Shown: positions 38,934 through 47,994 of the stretch, piece after piece
Layout: each line of letters opens with the position of its first letter
Position numbering within the stretch: the first letter of the stretch is position 1
NCBI GenBank assembly: GCA_003153355.1
Contig: PLYH01000003.1
Location: forward strand, 38,325 to 102,324
Length of the DNA: 64,000 nucleotides
DNA from: Candidatus Peregrinibacteria bacterium
GTDB taxonomy: Bacteria; Patescibacteriota; Gracilibacteria; UBA1369
Reading direction: 5' to 3'
Program-made: the position numbers and the translations under genes
The notes under the pieces: generated by a model
What the model saw: only the letters and a program-made list of their open reading frames with translations
Told to the model about the DNA's origin: nothing
Database searches by the model: none

Positions 38934-40775
38934 ATGATGAAAAAATTTCTCTACACGATAGGCTTTCTGATGTTTTCCTCTGCACTGTTCAGTCCACTGA
39001 TCAGCGGTACGGCTTTGGGCCAAAGTACGGGAAATGCCGGGAAGGGTGTCGTTGATAATTCCACCTGGGTTGCACCGGCCCTCCAGCTTAATATTCCCGA
39101 TAAAGACTGGTCGGCAACTTTCGGTGAAACCGATCCGACACAGGTCGGGCAGGATCTTTATACAATGGTTTACAACAAAATGAACGTTGCTCCGTCTCAA
39201 AAGGCTTTTAAAGACACGACCGGCGCTTATGGAGCGACGCAGTCTGACATGGTGCGGCTTCTGAATAATGATTTTAGTCCGATTCTGGCCAAAAGTCCTT
39301 ATCTGACCCAGGCTCAGGCCATCAAAAAAATGCAGGAAATTCAGCAGCACTATCAGCAGGACATGGCTGTGCAGTCCGTTCAGGCCGATATTGATGCCGA
39401 AGTCACTCCCAATGAAATTTTCGAGAACGGCGATACGTCCGATTCGGGTTTTGATCTGATTAACGATCTCAATAATATTGAAAATATTCTTTTCAAAAAA
39501 ATGGACCCGATCGATGTCGGCGGGAATTTCAACGGCAGCTCCAGCGGCGGCAGCGGAACAACCGGCGGCGGTGCGAACAATTCAAGCACAAACGGCCCGG
39601 CCTCGACCTCTTCCGGATCTACGTCTGGCGGCGGCACCACCACCGGTTCAACATCAAGTCCTCTGACCGGGAGCGGAAGTCAGCAAGTGACCGGCACTCA
39701 ACCCGGTGGAACTCAGGAAGTTTCAACTTCCGGAATAGGACCCGCACCAAGTGCAGCCGATAATCCAAATATCTGTTTCGGCAACCAGCAGCTTAATCAA
39801 GCTCTTGATGCTTTTAACACTCAGCAGTCTTCTGATCCCCGTTTTAAAGAAACGCCGACGGTAACTCCGCCAGCGCCGGCGCCTGCGCCTGCACCGGCAC
39901 CATCGCCGTCACCATCACCAAGTCCGGGTCCATCACCGTCACCGACTCCTTCACCAAGTCCGAGTCCGACGCCACAACCTGCTCCTACTCCGCCTCCTCC
40001 ATTTACCTATAATCCCCCATCTACTCCGGCGGTTCAACCGGCCCCTGCAGCCAACTGGCTGCAAGCGCCTCCTTGCGGCCAGGTCATGTGCATACAGGTA
40101 AATTTTGTTATGACAACCGCTTCGGCCTACACCGATTCGGACAACTGCATCGCCTGCCATATTGAAAAAATCAACGAAAAACTCAAAGCGACCATTAACC
40201 ACAGTCTGATTCCCGGCAAAGCAACGGGAAATCTGATCGAACCCGGAATCTGTAAATCAGCTACCGCAGATCTGATCGGATCACTGAATATGCGTTTCTT
40301 TGCGATTTCCAAACCTGTAAAAACGCCGATCAACGATGATCTCATTTACGGCACCAACACCGTCGATGAATGGAATAAATTCCTCACGACCTATAAACCT
40401 TTCCCTTTTTACTCGATGAATGTTCCTGATCCAAAGAACAAAACCCAGGATACATTCATTCCAACGGTTCCGGACAGTGCGGCGAAAGCGGCCGTTATGT
40501 ATTCAACTCCTGACACCACTCTTGGACAAATCAGTGCCGGCATCCAACAGCAGATTACGGCTACGGCGAATCATGTCGCACAGGCGGCCACGGTTTATGA
40601 CGCTTCGATCAAAACGGATTCCGACAGCAGTTTCCTCCAGTCCATCCAGAAGGAACTTGACCAAATGAACTACTACTTTGACAGTTTCCAGAATATTCTC
40701 GCAAGCATTAACTCGACCTCCAGCGATAACCCCGGAGCCTGCCAAACCCTTGCCACTAAAAATGATTGCTCATAA
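38934..40775 (+). CDS. secreted protein of unknown family with G/S/T-rich and Pro-rich linkers (613 aa from ATG 38934), cassette gene 3
   Basis: MMKKFLYTIGFLMFSSALFSPLISGTALG|Q signal peptide begins at 38934. The ORF-track start 38826 overlaps the previous gene and encodes an R/T-rich non-signal stretch. C-terminal ACQTLATKNDCS. Confidence 0.7.
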   Translation: MMKKFLYTIGFLMFSSALFSPLISGTALGQSTGNAGKGVVDNSTWVAPALQLNIPDKDWSATFGETDPTQVGQDLYTMVYNKMNVAPSQKAFKDTTGAYGATQSDMVRLLNNDFSPILAKSPYLTQAQAIKKMQEIQQHYQQDMAVQSVQADIDAEVTPNEIFENGDTSDSGFDLINDLNNIENILFKKMDPIDVGGNFNGSSSGGSGTTGGGANNSSTNGPASTSSGSTSGGGTTTGSTSSPLTGSGSQQVTGTQPGGTQEVSTSGIGPAPSAADNPNICFGNQQLNQALDAFNTQQSSDPRFKETPTVTPPAPAPAPAPAPSPSPSPSPGPSPSPTPSPSPSPTPQPAPTPPPPFTYNPPSTPAVQPAPAANWLQAPPCGQVMCIQVNFVMTTASAYTDSDNCIACHIEKINEKLKATINHSLIPGKATGNLIEPGICKSATADLIGSLNMRFFAISKPVKTPINDDLIYGTNTVDEWNKFLTTYKPFPFYSMNVPDPKNKTQDTFIPTVPDSAAKAAVMYSTPDTTLGQISAGIQQQITATANHVAQAATVYDASIKTDSDSSFLQSIQKELDQMNYYFDSFQNILASINSTSSDNPGACQTLATKNDCS

Positions 40776-40778
40776 TAT

Positions 40779-41861
40779 ATGAAACACTTACGAAACCTTA
40801 CAATTGGGATGATGATTGCGGTCATGACAGTGACCCAGGTAGCTTTTGCCCAAACCGGAGATGCTTCCGGCAACGGCGGCGCAGTCGTTTGCCGCAACGG
40901 CGCCAGAGATTATGGCACTTTCCTTTCCTCGGTCATCAGCTACAACGGCTTTACCGAGTACTGGAAAGACATTATCGTCCGCTATAATCACAATATGTGT
41001 CTGTTTCTGGACATTGATAATCTTCTGAACCGGATTGATAAAACGCGTCAGCAGATCCGCAATGCCTTTTATACCTGCGACGCCAGCGCTCCGAAACTGC
41101 GTACTTTATATTATCAGCTTGAGGCCGAGCTTTTCTTTTTGCGCGATTATGTGGATTTTGATGATGACGGCAACATTATTTTCAAATCGCAAAACGTTAT
41201 CACGTCGGATTTCACCGATTACACCGTCAGTAAGATGAATTTCTTTTCCCCGGCAGATGCGCAAACTCTTTTGCAGACGCTCTTTGGCAAATATAACGCA
41301 AAAAAGGATGCGTACTTGAATTGCGCTGATCCGACGTGGGGCAATTTGATCCAGAAATGGAATGAGTTCAAGTCATCACTTGGCGGATTCACCGCGATTC
41401 AAGATGCCGCCGAAACGATCAGTAAACGCTGGGACGATGCGGTCAATACGCCTTTCAAGCGCACAGGAGGTTTGTTCGGAGGATTGCTCGATACCAAAAT
41501 CAACGGGCTTGATCCTGCAACGGCCTGGGGCGACATTTCCGCTGAACTCCAGAGAAATGCCATTTCTACGGTCCCGGTTTCTTCGGGTCAGATTGCAGCA
41601 GCAACTCAACAGGGCACATTAGGTTTTTCTTACGATAAATTTTTGCAAACTGCGGCTTCAGACGCCAGTCTTCATGATCAGGAACTTGAACGCACCCAAT
41701 TTTTAGCTCAGTACGGTCAAACTTACCAGCAAAGCTCCGCCAATATCGCACAAGCGATCATCGACAAAGTGAATGCCCTTGATACATCAATCCAGGCTAC
41801 TTTCCCATTAATTACTCAAACTTCCCAATGCGCCAAAACTGTTAACGGCAGGGTTTGCTAG
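40779..41861 (+). CDS. secreted protein of unknown family (360 aa), cassette gene 4
   Basis: Signal peptide (LTIGMMIAVMTVTQVAFA|Q), helical body, C-terminal QCAKTVNGRVC. The start is 3 nt after the previous stop. Confidence 0.7.
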   Translation: MKHLRNLTIGMMIAVMTVTQVAFAQTGDASGNGGAVVCRNGARDYGTFLSSVISYNGFTEYWKDIIVRYNHNMCLFLDIDNLLNRIDKTRQQIRNAFYTCDASAPKLRTLYYQLEAELFFLRDYVDFDDDGNIIFKSQNVITSDFTDYTVSKMNFFSPADAQTLLQTLFGKYNAKKDAYLNCADPTWGNLIQKWNEFKSSLGGFTAIQDAAETISKRWDDAVNTPFKRTGGLFGGLLDTKINGLDPATAWGDISAELQRNAISTVPVSSGQIAAATQQGTLGFSYDKFLQTAASDASLHDQELERTQFLAQYGQTYQQSSANIAQAIIDKVNALDTSIQATFPLITQTSQCAKTVNGRVC

Positions 41862-41885
41862 CAATTTTCATTTTCAGAGAGATTA

Positions 41886-41920
41886 AAAAAATCCCCAACG
41901 CAACGGTTGGGGATTTTTTG
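41886..41920 (+). terminator. rho-independent terminator closing the giant-gene/cassette unit
   Basis: 9-bp stem ATCCCCAAC / GTTGGGGAT followed by TTTTTTG. Confidence 0.8.
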
Positions 41921-42003
41921 TGCTTTTCTAGGGCCATAGGTGAGGTTTCTTCTGGAGCATTGATGTATAGCTCCATAGTTCCGCAATCGGAACGGCTGAA
42001 TCA

Positions 42004-42195
42004 TCAGCGGAGAACGAATGAGAAGATGGTTCCTTTGGTTCGTTCTTTTAATTGAGTCTTCTCTTTATTGTTAATGGAAACATGAGACCTTCCTTCCATT
42101 ATTTCAATAATCTCGGCGTTCGAAGTCCGGCAGTACATGCAGTTCGGACGTCTGCTGGAGATTGAGATACCGCAATTTGTGCAGTTAAATATCAT
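42004..42195 (-). CDS. small zinc-ribbon protein (63 aa)
   Basis: CxxC-x10-CxxC (CTNCGISISSRRPNCMYC) near the N-terminus. The start is 9 nt downstream of the HTH gene on the same strand. A competing 66-aa ORF on the + strand has no features. Confidence 0.4.
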   Translation of the reverse strand: MIFNCTNCGISISSRRPNCMYCRTSNAEIIEIMEGRSHVSINNKEKTQLKERTKGTIFSFVLR

Positions 42196-42204
42196 GTGAG
42201 ATTG

Positions 42205-42669
42205 CTAGTCGAGGATGTAATGATCCATTTCGTCGGTGCGACTTTGATTAGGGGTTCCTTGTTGTTCTTTTTTTTTGCTTATAATAGATGGAACGAAACT
42301 TTCTTTTTCAGGTTCTGGAATGGTTTCTTCTGCCTCCAGGAGATTTTCATCTGTCACTCCGGCTTCCTTTACCTTTTTTGATCCTTTCTTTGGTATCTTT
42401 GATGATTTTAATTCGGTTGGTGGTGCCAAGTGATTCTTGTCCGGTGCGTTTGGCATATCTGCTTCCTTAGGAGTAGTCCTATTCGACTTACTCACAGCAG
42501 CAGCCTCCTGCTCGTCCAGGAATTTGTTGACGTCACTTTCGCGAATTCTGTATACCCTTCCAAGCCTGCTTGCCCTCAATTTGCCTTGTTTTATAAACTT
42601 CAAGACAGTGAAGGGGTGTACCTGCAGAATTTGTGCAACTTGGTCAGGTGTAAGGATCTTTTCGTCCAT
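42205..42669 (-). CDS. excisionase-family (MerR-like) helix-turn-helix DNA-binding protein with K/E-rich tail
   Basis: ILTPDQVAQILQVHPFTVLKFIKQGKLRASRLGRVYRIRESDVNKFL matches the excisionase-type HTH pattern (...L.V...TV...I..G.L.A...GR.YRI...D...FL). Confidence 0.75.
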   Translation of the reverse strand: MDEKILTPDQVAQILQVHPFTVLKFIKQGKLRASRLGRVYRIRESDVNKFLDEQEAAAVSKSNRTTPKEADMPNAPDKNHLAPPTELKSSKIPKKGSKKVKEAGVTDENLLEAEETIPEPEKESFVPSIISKKKEQQGTPNQSRTDEMDHYILD

Positions 42670-42838
42670 TTCTTTAAACTTTAAATAAGGTTTTTTTGAT
42701 TTTTTATACCTTATCTAAGTTTAGCATATTTTCAAACAACGAACAATGATGTATACCTCTGTTTATTTATTTTTATCTATCGGGAATGTTATATCATAAA
42801 AAAGAACACTTTTCAATAATTCTAGCAACTTCATTTTA

Positions 42839-42858
42839 TTCTATTAAATTCTATTAAA
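42839..42858. repeat. tandem direct repeat 2 x TTCTATTAAA
   Basis: Read directly from the sequence, within the AT-rich spacer 42670-43100. Confidence 0.9.
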
Positions 42859-42917
42859 CTTTATCTAAACATGTTTTAAACATTGCTAAATTCTCTATTT
42901 TATTATACTTTATTAAA

Positions 42918-42937
42918 TTTTAGGCAATTTTAGGCAA
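42918..42937. repeat. tandem direct repeat 2 x TTTTAGGCAA
   Basis: Read directly from the sequence. A related ATTTAGGCAAAAA occurs at 60103-60115 next to another predicted promoter. Confidence 0.9.
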
Positions 42938-43103
42938 TTTAATTAAATCTTTTATGAGTTTTTCGTAAAATCGTCAACTTTGCACCGCAAAAGACTGTTC
43001 AAAACTTTTCCTGTCAATTTTTGAAAATTTTTGTCCGATTTTTGTTGTTCTACAGCGATAAATCCGTCTTCACCTTAAAATTTGACGTTAAAATGGGAGA
43101 AAT

Positions 43104-43135
43104 TACAAAAAAGGCCGATGAGTACCATCGGCCTG
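43104..43135 (-). terminator. rho-independent terminator of the lipoprotein gene 43153..43518
   Basis: GGCCGATG / CATCGGCC stem with a 5-nt loop. There is a T-run on the minus strand (A-run 43106-43112 on plus). Confidence 0.7.
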
Positions 43136-43152
43136 ATAAAATCGACGATTAC

Positions 43153-43518
43153 TTATTTTTGTTCCTCTTTTTCAAGACACTGTAAGAGCTTTTTACTGCA
43201 TTGATAATCTAGAGCAGGCATATATGCTATAAGACCTCTGTCAAATTCTTGTCTGGATTTGTCTCCTTTATCCGAATCCAACCCTATTTTCATTGATAGG
43301 AGGCGACTTTCCTCTGTACATTGTCTTACTTCGGGAGTTTGGACACATTCATCATGGACAGCATCTCCAACACGTTCAGTAATTTGGTGAATTTTATCAG
43401 TTGCTTCTATAAATTCCGAATCAGCGTACTGAGTGGGAACTTTTGGTTCCTGAGAACAACCATTTATTCCTGAAACTAAACCAGCAATGACTATTGCTTT
43501 AGAAAGAGAGTTGTTCAT
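43153..43518 (-). CDS. lipoprotein (121 aa) with four additional Cys
   Basis: MNNSLSKAIVIAGLVSGING|C lipobox. Confidence 0.6.
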   Translation of the reverse strand: MNNSLSKAIVIAGLVSGINGCSQEPKVPTQYADSEFIEATDKIHQITERVGDAVHDECVQTPEVRQCTEESRLLSMKIGLDSDKGDKSRQEFDRGLIAYMPALDYQCSKKLLQCLEKEEQK

Positions 43519-43625
43519 ATATTTAGAACTTAATTAATGGAGCTTATTTATATCATATTTTATCAATTTTGTCAAGTCTTCCGTATCAATAATCCATTCA
43601 ATGATGAGCGAATCCAATAACAAAC

Positions 43626-44903
43626 CTAAATTTGCTTGAGGATATTGCGGATATTTTCAATGAGAGCCTGATCTTCCATTTTTTGGGCTAAATCCAGCAT
43701 TTTGCGATAGTCGTTGCGATGTGACCGCATGACTGAAAGTTCTCTTAATCCGGCAACACGCGCCTGGATCTCGTTGTACTCTTTGCCGTAGGTGGCTTTG
43801 ACCATTTGCTGGTTGCCGGTTCGCAAAAATATTTCCCGGGCTTTTAACCAGGAGTTATTATTATAGAAAAAGAGACCTTCCTGTTCGTCTACATATTTTT
43901 TGAGAGTCTGGTCATCGCTCAGTTCTGCGTAATAGCGGGCTTTGCGGAAATCACGCTTCTTGCTGTAATAAATGGTGGCATTATTAAGGATATTTGCCTC
44001 GAGTTTCCGGTCTTCATCGGTATCGATGCCGGCTGTCTTCAAAAAGAAAAGGGCCGTTTCGTAATCATTATCTTTCATGACCGACAGGGCGACATTGTGA
44101 TAACCGATTTTTAAATTTTTGGTGACGAGTTCACGTTCGGAAGATAGGTTGTTCGCCAGTTGAGCCGCTTTCAAAAATTCCCGGGGCTGCAGCTTGATCT
44201 GCTTATCCCGGAAGTCGGATACATCGAGCAGGTTGGTTGAGATCAGTTCCACGATGGGCAGCAGCTGCAAATACTCCTTATAATTGGCAAAACCGCCGGC
44301 TGTGGCTTCAATATCGATGCCTTTAAAGTGCAGACAGACGTGCTGCGGCAGCATTTTGATCTGAAGATCTTTGATGTCGTACTTCAGGGAAAACAGGAAG
44401 GTGTAGAAGGTCACGATCTGGTTGCAGTCGCCGATCATTTTCTGGTTTTTTTCAAGATTGACGAGGAGTTTTCCGAAAGAAGCCCCTTCAAGATATTGGA
44501 ATCGCCCGGCTTCGGGGCGCAAAAAAAGCATCATCGCGACCAGAAAACGCAGTTTTTCATTATCAGCAGGTACTTCCGGGCTGGAAAGCCCCAAATCCTT
44601 AAGATTCTGGTTTATGGCAGCAGCATCTATGTTTTGCTGAGCGGCAAATTCCAAAAAAATCCGGCCGATCTCCTGGCTGTTTCTGTACATTCTTTTGCGG
44701 TTGGAACGCGTGAGGTATTTGTAGCCTTTAAATCTGGCTTCAAGCCATAGATCCAGAATAACGAGGTTTGCTTCCATCATATCCTCGATTTTCCGCTGGG
44801 CTTCAAAAATTCCAAGGAAGGCGACCTTTTTTAAAATTTTGTCGATCCGCTTCTCCAGTTTGTCCGCGTACCGCGAGAAGGGGTTCCAAACAGGCTTGAG
44901 CAT
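43626..44903 (-). CDS. hypothetical protein; possible transglutaminase-like Cys-His-Asp core plus C-terminal TPR-like helical repeats
   Basis: GDC(160)NQIVTFYTFLF...QH(188)VCLHFKGID(197)IEAT has the order and spacing reminiscent of transglutaminase-like cysteine peptidases. The C-terminal half has repeated A..YY / A...F helical-hairpin patterns. The start codon overlaps the uvrA stop (TAATG). Confidence 0.3.
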   Translation of the reverse strand: MLKPVWNPFSRYADKLEKRIDKILKKVAFLGIFEAQRKIEDMMEANLVILDLWLEARFKGYKYLTRSNRKRMYRNSQEIGRIFLEFAAQQNIDAAAINQNLKDLGLSSPEVPADNEKLRFLVAMMLFLRPEAGRFQYLEGASFGKLLVNLEKNQKMIGDCNQIVTFYTFLFSLKYDIKDLQIKMLPQHVCLHFKGIDIEATAGGFANYKEYLQLLPIVELISTNLLDVSDFRDKQIKLQPREFLKAAQLANNLSSERELVTKNLKIGYHNVALSVMKDNDYETALFFLKTAGIDTDEDRKLEANILNNATIYYSKKRDFRKARYYAELSDDQTLKKYVDEQEGLFFYNNNSWLKAREIFLRTGNQQMVKATYGKEYNEIQARVAGLRELSVMRSHRNDYRKMLDLAQKMEDQALIENIRNILKQI

Positions 44904-47800
44904 TATTTGGTTTTCATGGTTTTTTTAAGCCAGAGACCGGTGTAGGAGTTTTTCACTTTGGCAACCTCTTCAGGGGTGCCCACGGCAACAATTTCGCCGC
45001 CGCCTTCACCGCCGTCCGGACCGAGGTCAATAATGTAGTCCACGGATTTAATGACATCAAGGTTGTGCTCAATGGTAAGCACTGTGTTGCCTTTTTCCAC
45101 GAGTTTTTGGAGCACACCGAGAAGTTTTTCGACATCGGCAAAGTGCAGACCTGTGGTCGGTTCGTCCAAAACATAGAGTGTCTGGCCGGTTGAACGCTTG
45201 GAAAGTTCTGTAGCGAGTTTAATACGCTGGGCTTCACCTCCTGAAAGTGTTGTTGCTGACTGGCCCAAGCTGACGTAGGAAAGGCCTACTTCGTATAATG
45301 TCTCAAGTTTGATCTTAATATTCGGGATGTTCGTGAAAAATTCCAAAGCCTCGGCGATGGTCATATCCAGAACGTCAGCGATGTTTTTGCCGCGGTAGGT
45401 AATTTCCAAAGCTTCTCTATTATAGCGCCGGCCCTTACAAACTTCGCAGGGCACGTAGATATCAGGTAAAAAGTGCATTTCGATCTTCTTGATGCCGTCG
45501 CCGGCACAGGCTTCGCAACGCCCTCCTTTGACATTGAAGCTGAAACGGCCGCTTTTATAGCCTCTGAGTTTGGCTTCGGGTGTTCCTGCGAAAAGATCAC
45601 GGATGTCCGTAAAAACACCGGTATATGTGGCCGGGTTTGAACGCGGCGTTCTGCCGATCGGAGACTGGTCGATATTGATGATTTTATCAAGATGCTCAAT
45701 GCCTTCGATGCTTTCATGTTTTCCCGGATGATTTTTTGTACCGTAAATGGCATGAGAAACTCTTTTGACGAGAATATCGTTAATAAGGGTGGATTTTCCG
45801 GAACCGGAAACTCCCGTCACGCCGACAAATGTTCCGAGAGGAAAACTCACGGAAACTTTTTTAAGATTATGTTCAGACGCATTGATGATTTTGATTTCGT
45901 GGCCATTGCCCTTGCGACGCTTTTTTGGCACAGGAACCATCTTTTTCCCGCTCAGGTACTGGCCGGTGATGGAGTTCGGGTTCTTCATGATTTCGGCAGG
46001 AGTTCCTGCCGCAACCACACGCCCGCCGTCTTTGCCTGCTCCGGGGCCGATGTCTAAAATGTAGTCGGATGAAAGCATCGTATCCACGTCATGTTCAACC
46101 ACAATGACCGTGTTGCCGAGATCGCGGAGCTGTATAAGCGTATTAATGAGTTTGGCGTTATCGTTCTGGTGCAAACCAATGGAAGGTTCATCCAACACGT
46201 ACACGACGCCGGAAAGTCTTGAGCCGATTTGCGTGGCCAGACGAATACGCTGTGCTTCGCCGCCGGATAAAGTATTCGCCGCGCGGTCCAGTGTTAAATA
46301 GGAAAGCCCCACATCCTGCAGAAAGCGCAGGCGGTTGCAGATTTCCTTTAAAATAAGCCGCGCGATCTGTTCTTCCATGTCGCTTAATTTCAGGCTGTTG
46401 AAGAAATCGATGGCGCGTTTGGCAGAAAATTCAGTGACTTCAATAATATTCTTATCTTCAATGCGGACAGCCAATGCTTCGGGACGCAAACGGTTGCCGT
46501 TACAGGCCGGGCATTTCAAAATGCGCATGAATTTTTCGATCTTTTTGCGGATATAATCTGAATCTGTTTCCAGATAGCGGCGTTCAAGATTCGGAATAAC
46601 TCCTTCAAAGGTTGTGCTGTAATTGCCGCTAAAGCCGGCTTCACGGTCCTCTTTTCCTACTTTGACGCTGTATTTGGTGTCGCTTGTTCCATAGAGCACA
46701 ATCGTGAGTGCTTCCTTGCTCAATTTTTTCACCGGGTCGCTCATGCTGAAGCCGCTTGCTTTGGCGACTTGTTCAAGAATGCGGTTATACCAGGTTAAAT
46801 GCGAAGTCGTGGCGGACCAAGGCATGATCGCGCCTTCGCCAAGGGTTAAACTTTCGTTGGGGATGACGAGTTTGGGGTCGATTTCTAGTTTGGTGCCAAG
46901 GCCGTGACAGACCGGGCATGCGCCGTGCGGACTGTTAAAAGAGAAACTGCGCGGGCTGATTTCCGGAATGCTGATGCCGCAGTTAATGCAGGCAAAATGT
47001 TCCGAGAAAATTTCGTCTTTGCCGGTATCCACATCGTTGATGACCATAATCCCCTCGCCAAATTTGAGGGCGGTTTCAATGGAATCCGCCAGACGGGTGC
47101 GGTCAGGATTCGGGAGTTCGATCTCATCGCCGGAAGAAAGTTTCTGCACTTTCTTTTTGAAATCTTTGACCACGAGACGGTCAACGACGATTTCGATGGT
47201 ATGTTTCTTGTTTTCGTCGAGTTCCGGAATGTTCAAAATGCTCATGATTTCCCCATCAACGCGGACGCGGACAAATCCGTCTTTTTTGATCTTTTCAAAA
47301 ACTTTCACGTGACTGCCTTTGCGGTCGCGGATGACCGGAGACATCAGCATGATCTTTCTGCCTTCAGGCATGGTTCCGACGTTGTCCACAATCTGGCTGG
47401 CGGTTTGCCGGCTGATTTTTTTGCCGCATTTCGGACAATAAGGATGTCCGACTTTGGCAAACATCAAACGTAAGTAATCGTAAATTTCCGTCACGGTTCC
47501 CACGGTTGAACGCGGGTTGCGGCTGGCGGTTTTCTGATCGATGGAAATGGCTGGAGAAAGCCCGTCGATGGAATCGACATCAGGTTTTTCCATCAATTGC
47601 AAAAACTGGCGGGCGTAGGTGGAAAGACTTTCCACATAGCGGCGCTGGCCTTCGGCATAAATGGTATCAAACGCGAGCGATGATTTTCCGGAACCGGAAA
47701 GTCCGGTCATAACGGTAAGCTGCCCTCTTGGAATTTCCACATTGATGTTTTTGAGATTGTGGATGCGGGCTCCTTTGACTACGATTTGTTCAGCGGACAT
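44903..47800 (-). CDS. uvrA: excinuclease ABC subunit A
   Basis: Two ABC ATPase modules ([14 protein letters not shown] and [13 protein letters not shown]), LSGGEAQR signatures and zinc-finger CxxC pairs. Length 965 aa. Confidence 0.97.
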   Translation of the reverse strand: MSAEQIVVKGARIHNLKNINVEIPRGQLTVMTGLSGSGKSSLAFDTIYAEGQRRYVESLSTYARQFLQLMEKPDVDSIDGLSPAISIDQKTASRNPRSTVGTVTEIYDYLRLMFAKVGHPYCPKCGKKISRQTASQIVDNVGTMPEGRKIMLMSPVIRDRKGSHVKVFEKIKKDGFVRVRVDGEIMSILNIPELDENKKHTIEIVVDRLVVKDFKKKVQKLSSGDEIELPNPDRTRLADSIETALKFGEGIMVINDVDTGKDEIFSEHFACINCGISIPEISPRSFSFNSPHGACPVCHGLGTKLEIDPKLVIPNESLTLGEGAIMPWSATTSHLTWYNRILEQVAKASGFSMSDPVKKLSKEALTIVLYGTSDTKYSVKVGKEDREAGFSGNYSTTFEGVIPNLERRYLETDSDYIRKKIEKFMRILKCPACNGNRLRPEALAVRIEDKNIIEVTEFSAKRAIDFFNSLKLSDMEEQIARLILKEICNRLRFLQDVGLSYLTLDRAANTLSGGEAQRIRLATQIGSRLSGVVYVLDEPSIGLHQNDNAKLINTLIQLRDLGNTVIVVEHDVDTMLSSDYILDIGPGAGKDGGRVVAAGTPAEIMKNPNSITGQYLSGKKMVPVPKKRRKGNGHEIKIINASEHNLKKVSVSFPLGTFVGVTGVSGSGKSTLINDILVKRVSHAIYGTKNHPGKHESIEGIEHLDKIINIDQSPIGRTPRSNPATYTGVFTDIRDLFAGTPEAKLRGYKSGRFSFNVKGGRCEACAGDGIKKIEMHFLPDIYVPCEVCKGRRYNREALEITYRGKNIADVLDMTIAEALEFFTNIPNIKIKLETLYEVGLSYVSLGQSATTLSGGEAQRIKLATELSKRSTGQTLYVLDEPTTGLHFADVEKLLGVLQKLVEKGNTVLTIEHNLDVIKSVDYIIDLGPDGGEGGGEIVAVGTPEEVAKVKNSYTGLWLKKTMKTK

Positions 47801-47899
47801 AACAAAAAATTACTTTTTAAAATAAAGTTAGTATTTCACCCTAGAGTACCACGCTAGCACAGTTTTTGCCGACTAGCAAGGGTCTGGGAGAAACTGTGT

Positions 47900-47956
47900 A
47901 CAAAAAAGTGGCGGGATAAAATGGCTGCAATATAATAGAGCCTAATCCCGCCACGC
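47900..47956 (-). terminator. terminator-like hairpin downstream of the PrsW gene
   Basis: 10-bp perfect stem GTGGCGGGAT (47908-47917) / ATCCCGCCAC (47945-47954) with a large loop. A T-run follows on the minus strand. Confidence 0.55.
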
Positions 47957-47994
47957 CGTAATTTACCAAACGATAAAATTTTTGCAAGGATTTT

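Noticed and set aside
20609-41861. A diversity-generating retroelement targeting the giant protein or cassette proteins.
   Set aside because: I recognised no reverse transcriptase ORF in the window. I also found no pair of roughly 100-bp near-identical template/variable repeats by eye. A TR/VR pair with the RT outside the window cannot be excluded.
42711-42867. Three TTATCTA heptamers in the AT-rich spacer as possible DnaA boxes, suggesting oriC.
   Set aside because: They match only 6-7 of 9 positions of TTATCCACA. No dnaA or dnaN gene is adjacent, and recF alone, 7 kb away, is not diagnostic. They are kept only as a note inside the spacer finding.
42839-42937. Short tandem repeats considered as a possible CRISPR array.
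   Set aside because: There are only two copies each of 10-bp units with no spacers, and no cas genes in the window.
44328-47473. Plus-strand ORFs (44328..44750, 45692..46057, 46904..47473 and others) antisense to the 425-aa gene and uvrA.
   Set aside because: They are embedded antisense in strongly supported genes (uvrA has complete ABC signatures) and have no independent signals.
47830-47900. A possible tRNA or small RNA in the uvrA-PrsW intergenic region.
   Set aside because: I found no cloverleaf, T-loop (GGTTCGAAT-like) or anticodon-arm pattern. The only strong structure is the terminator-like hairpin at 47908-47954.
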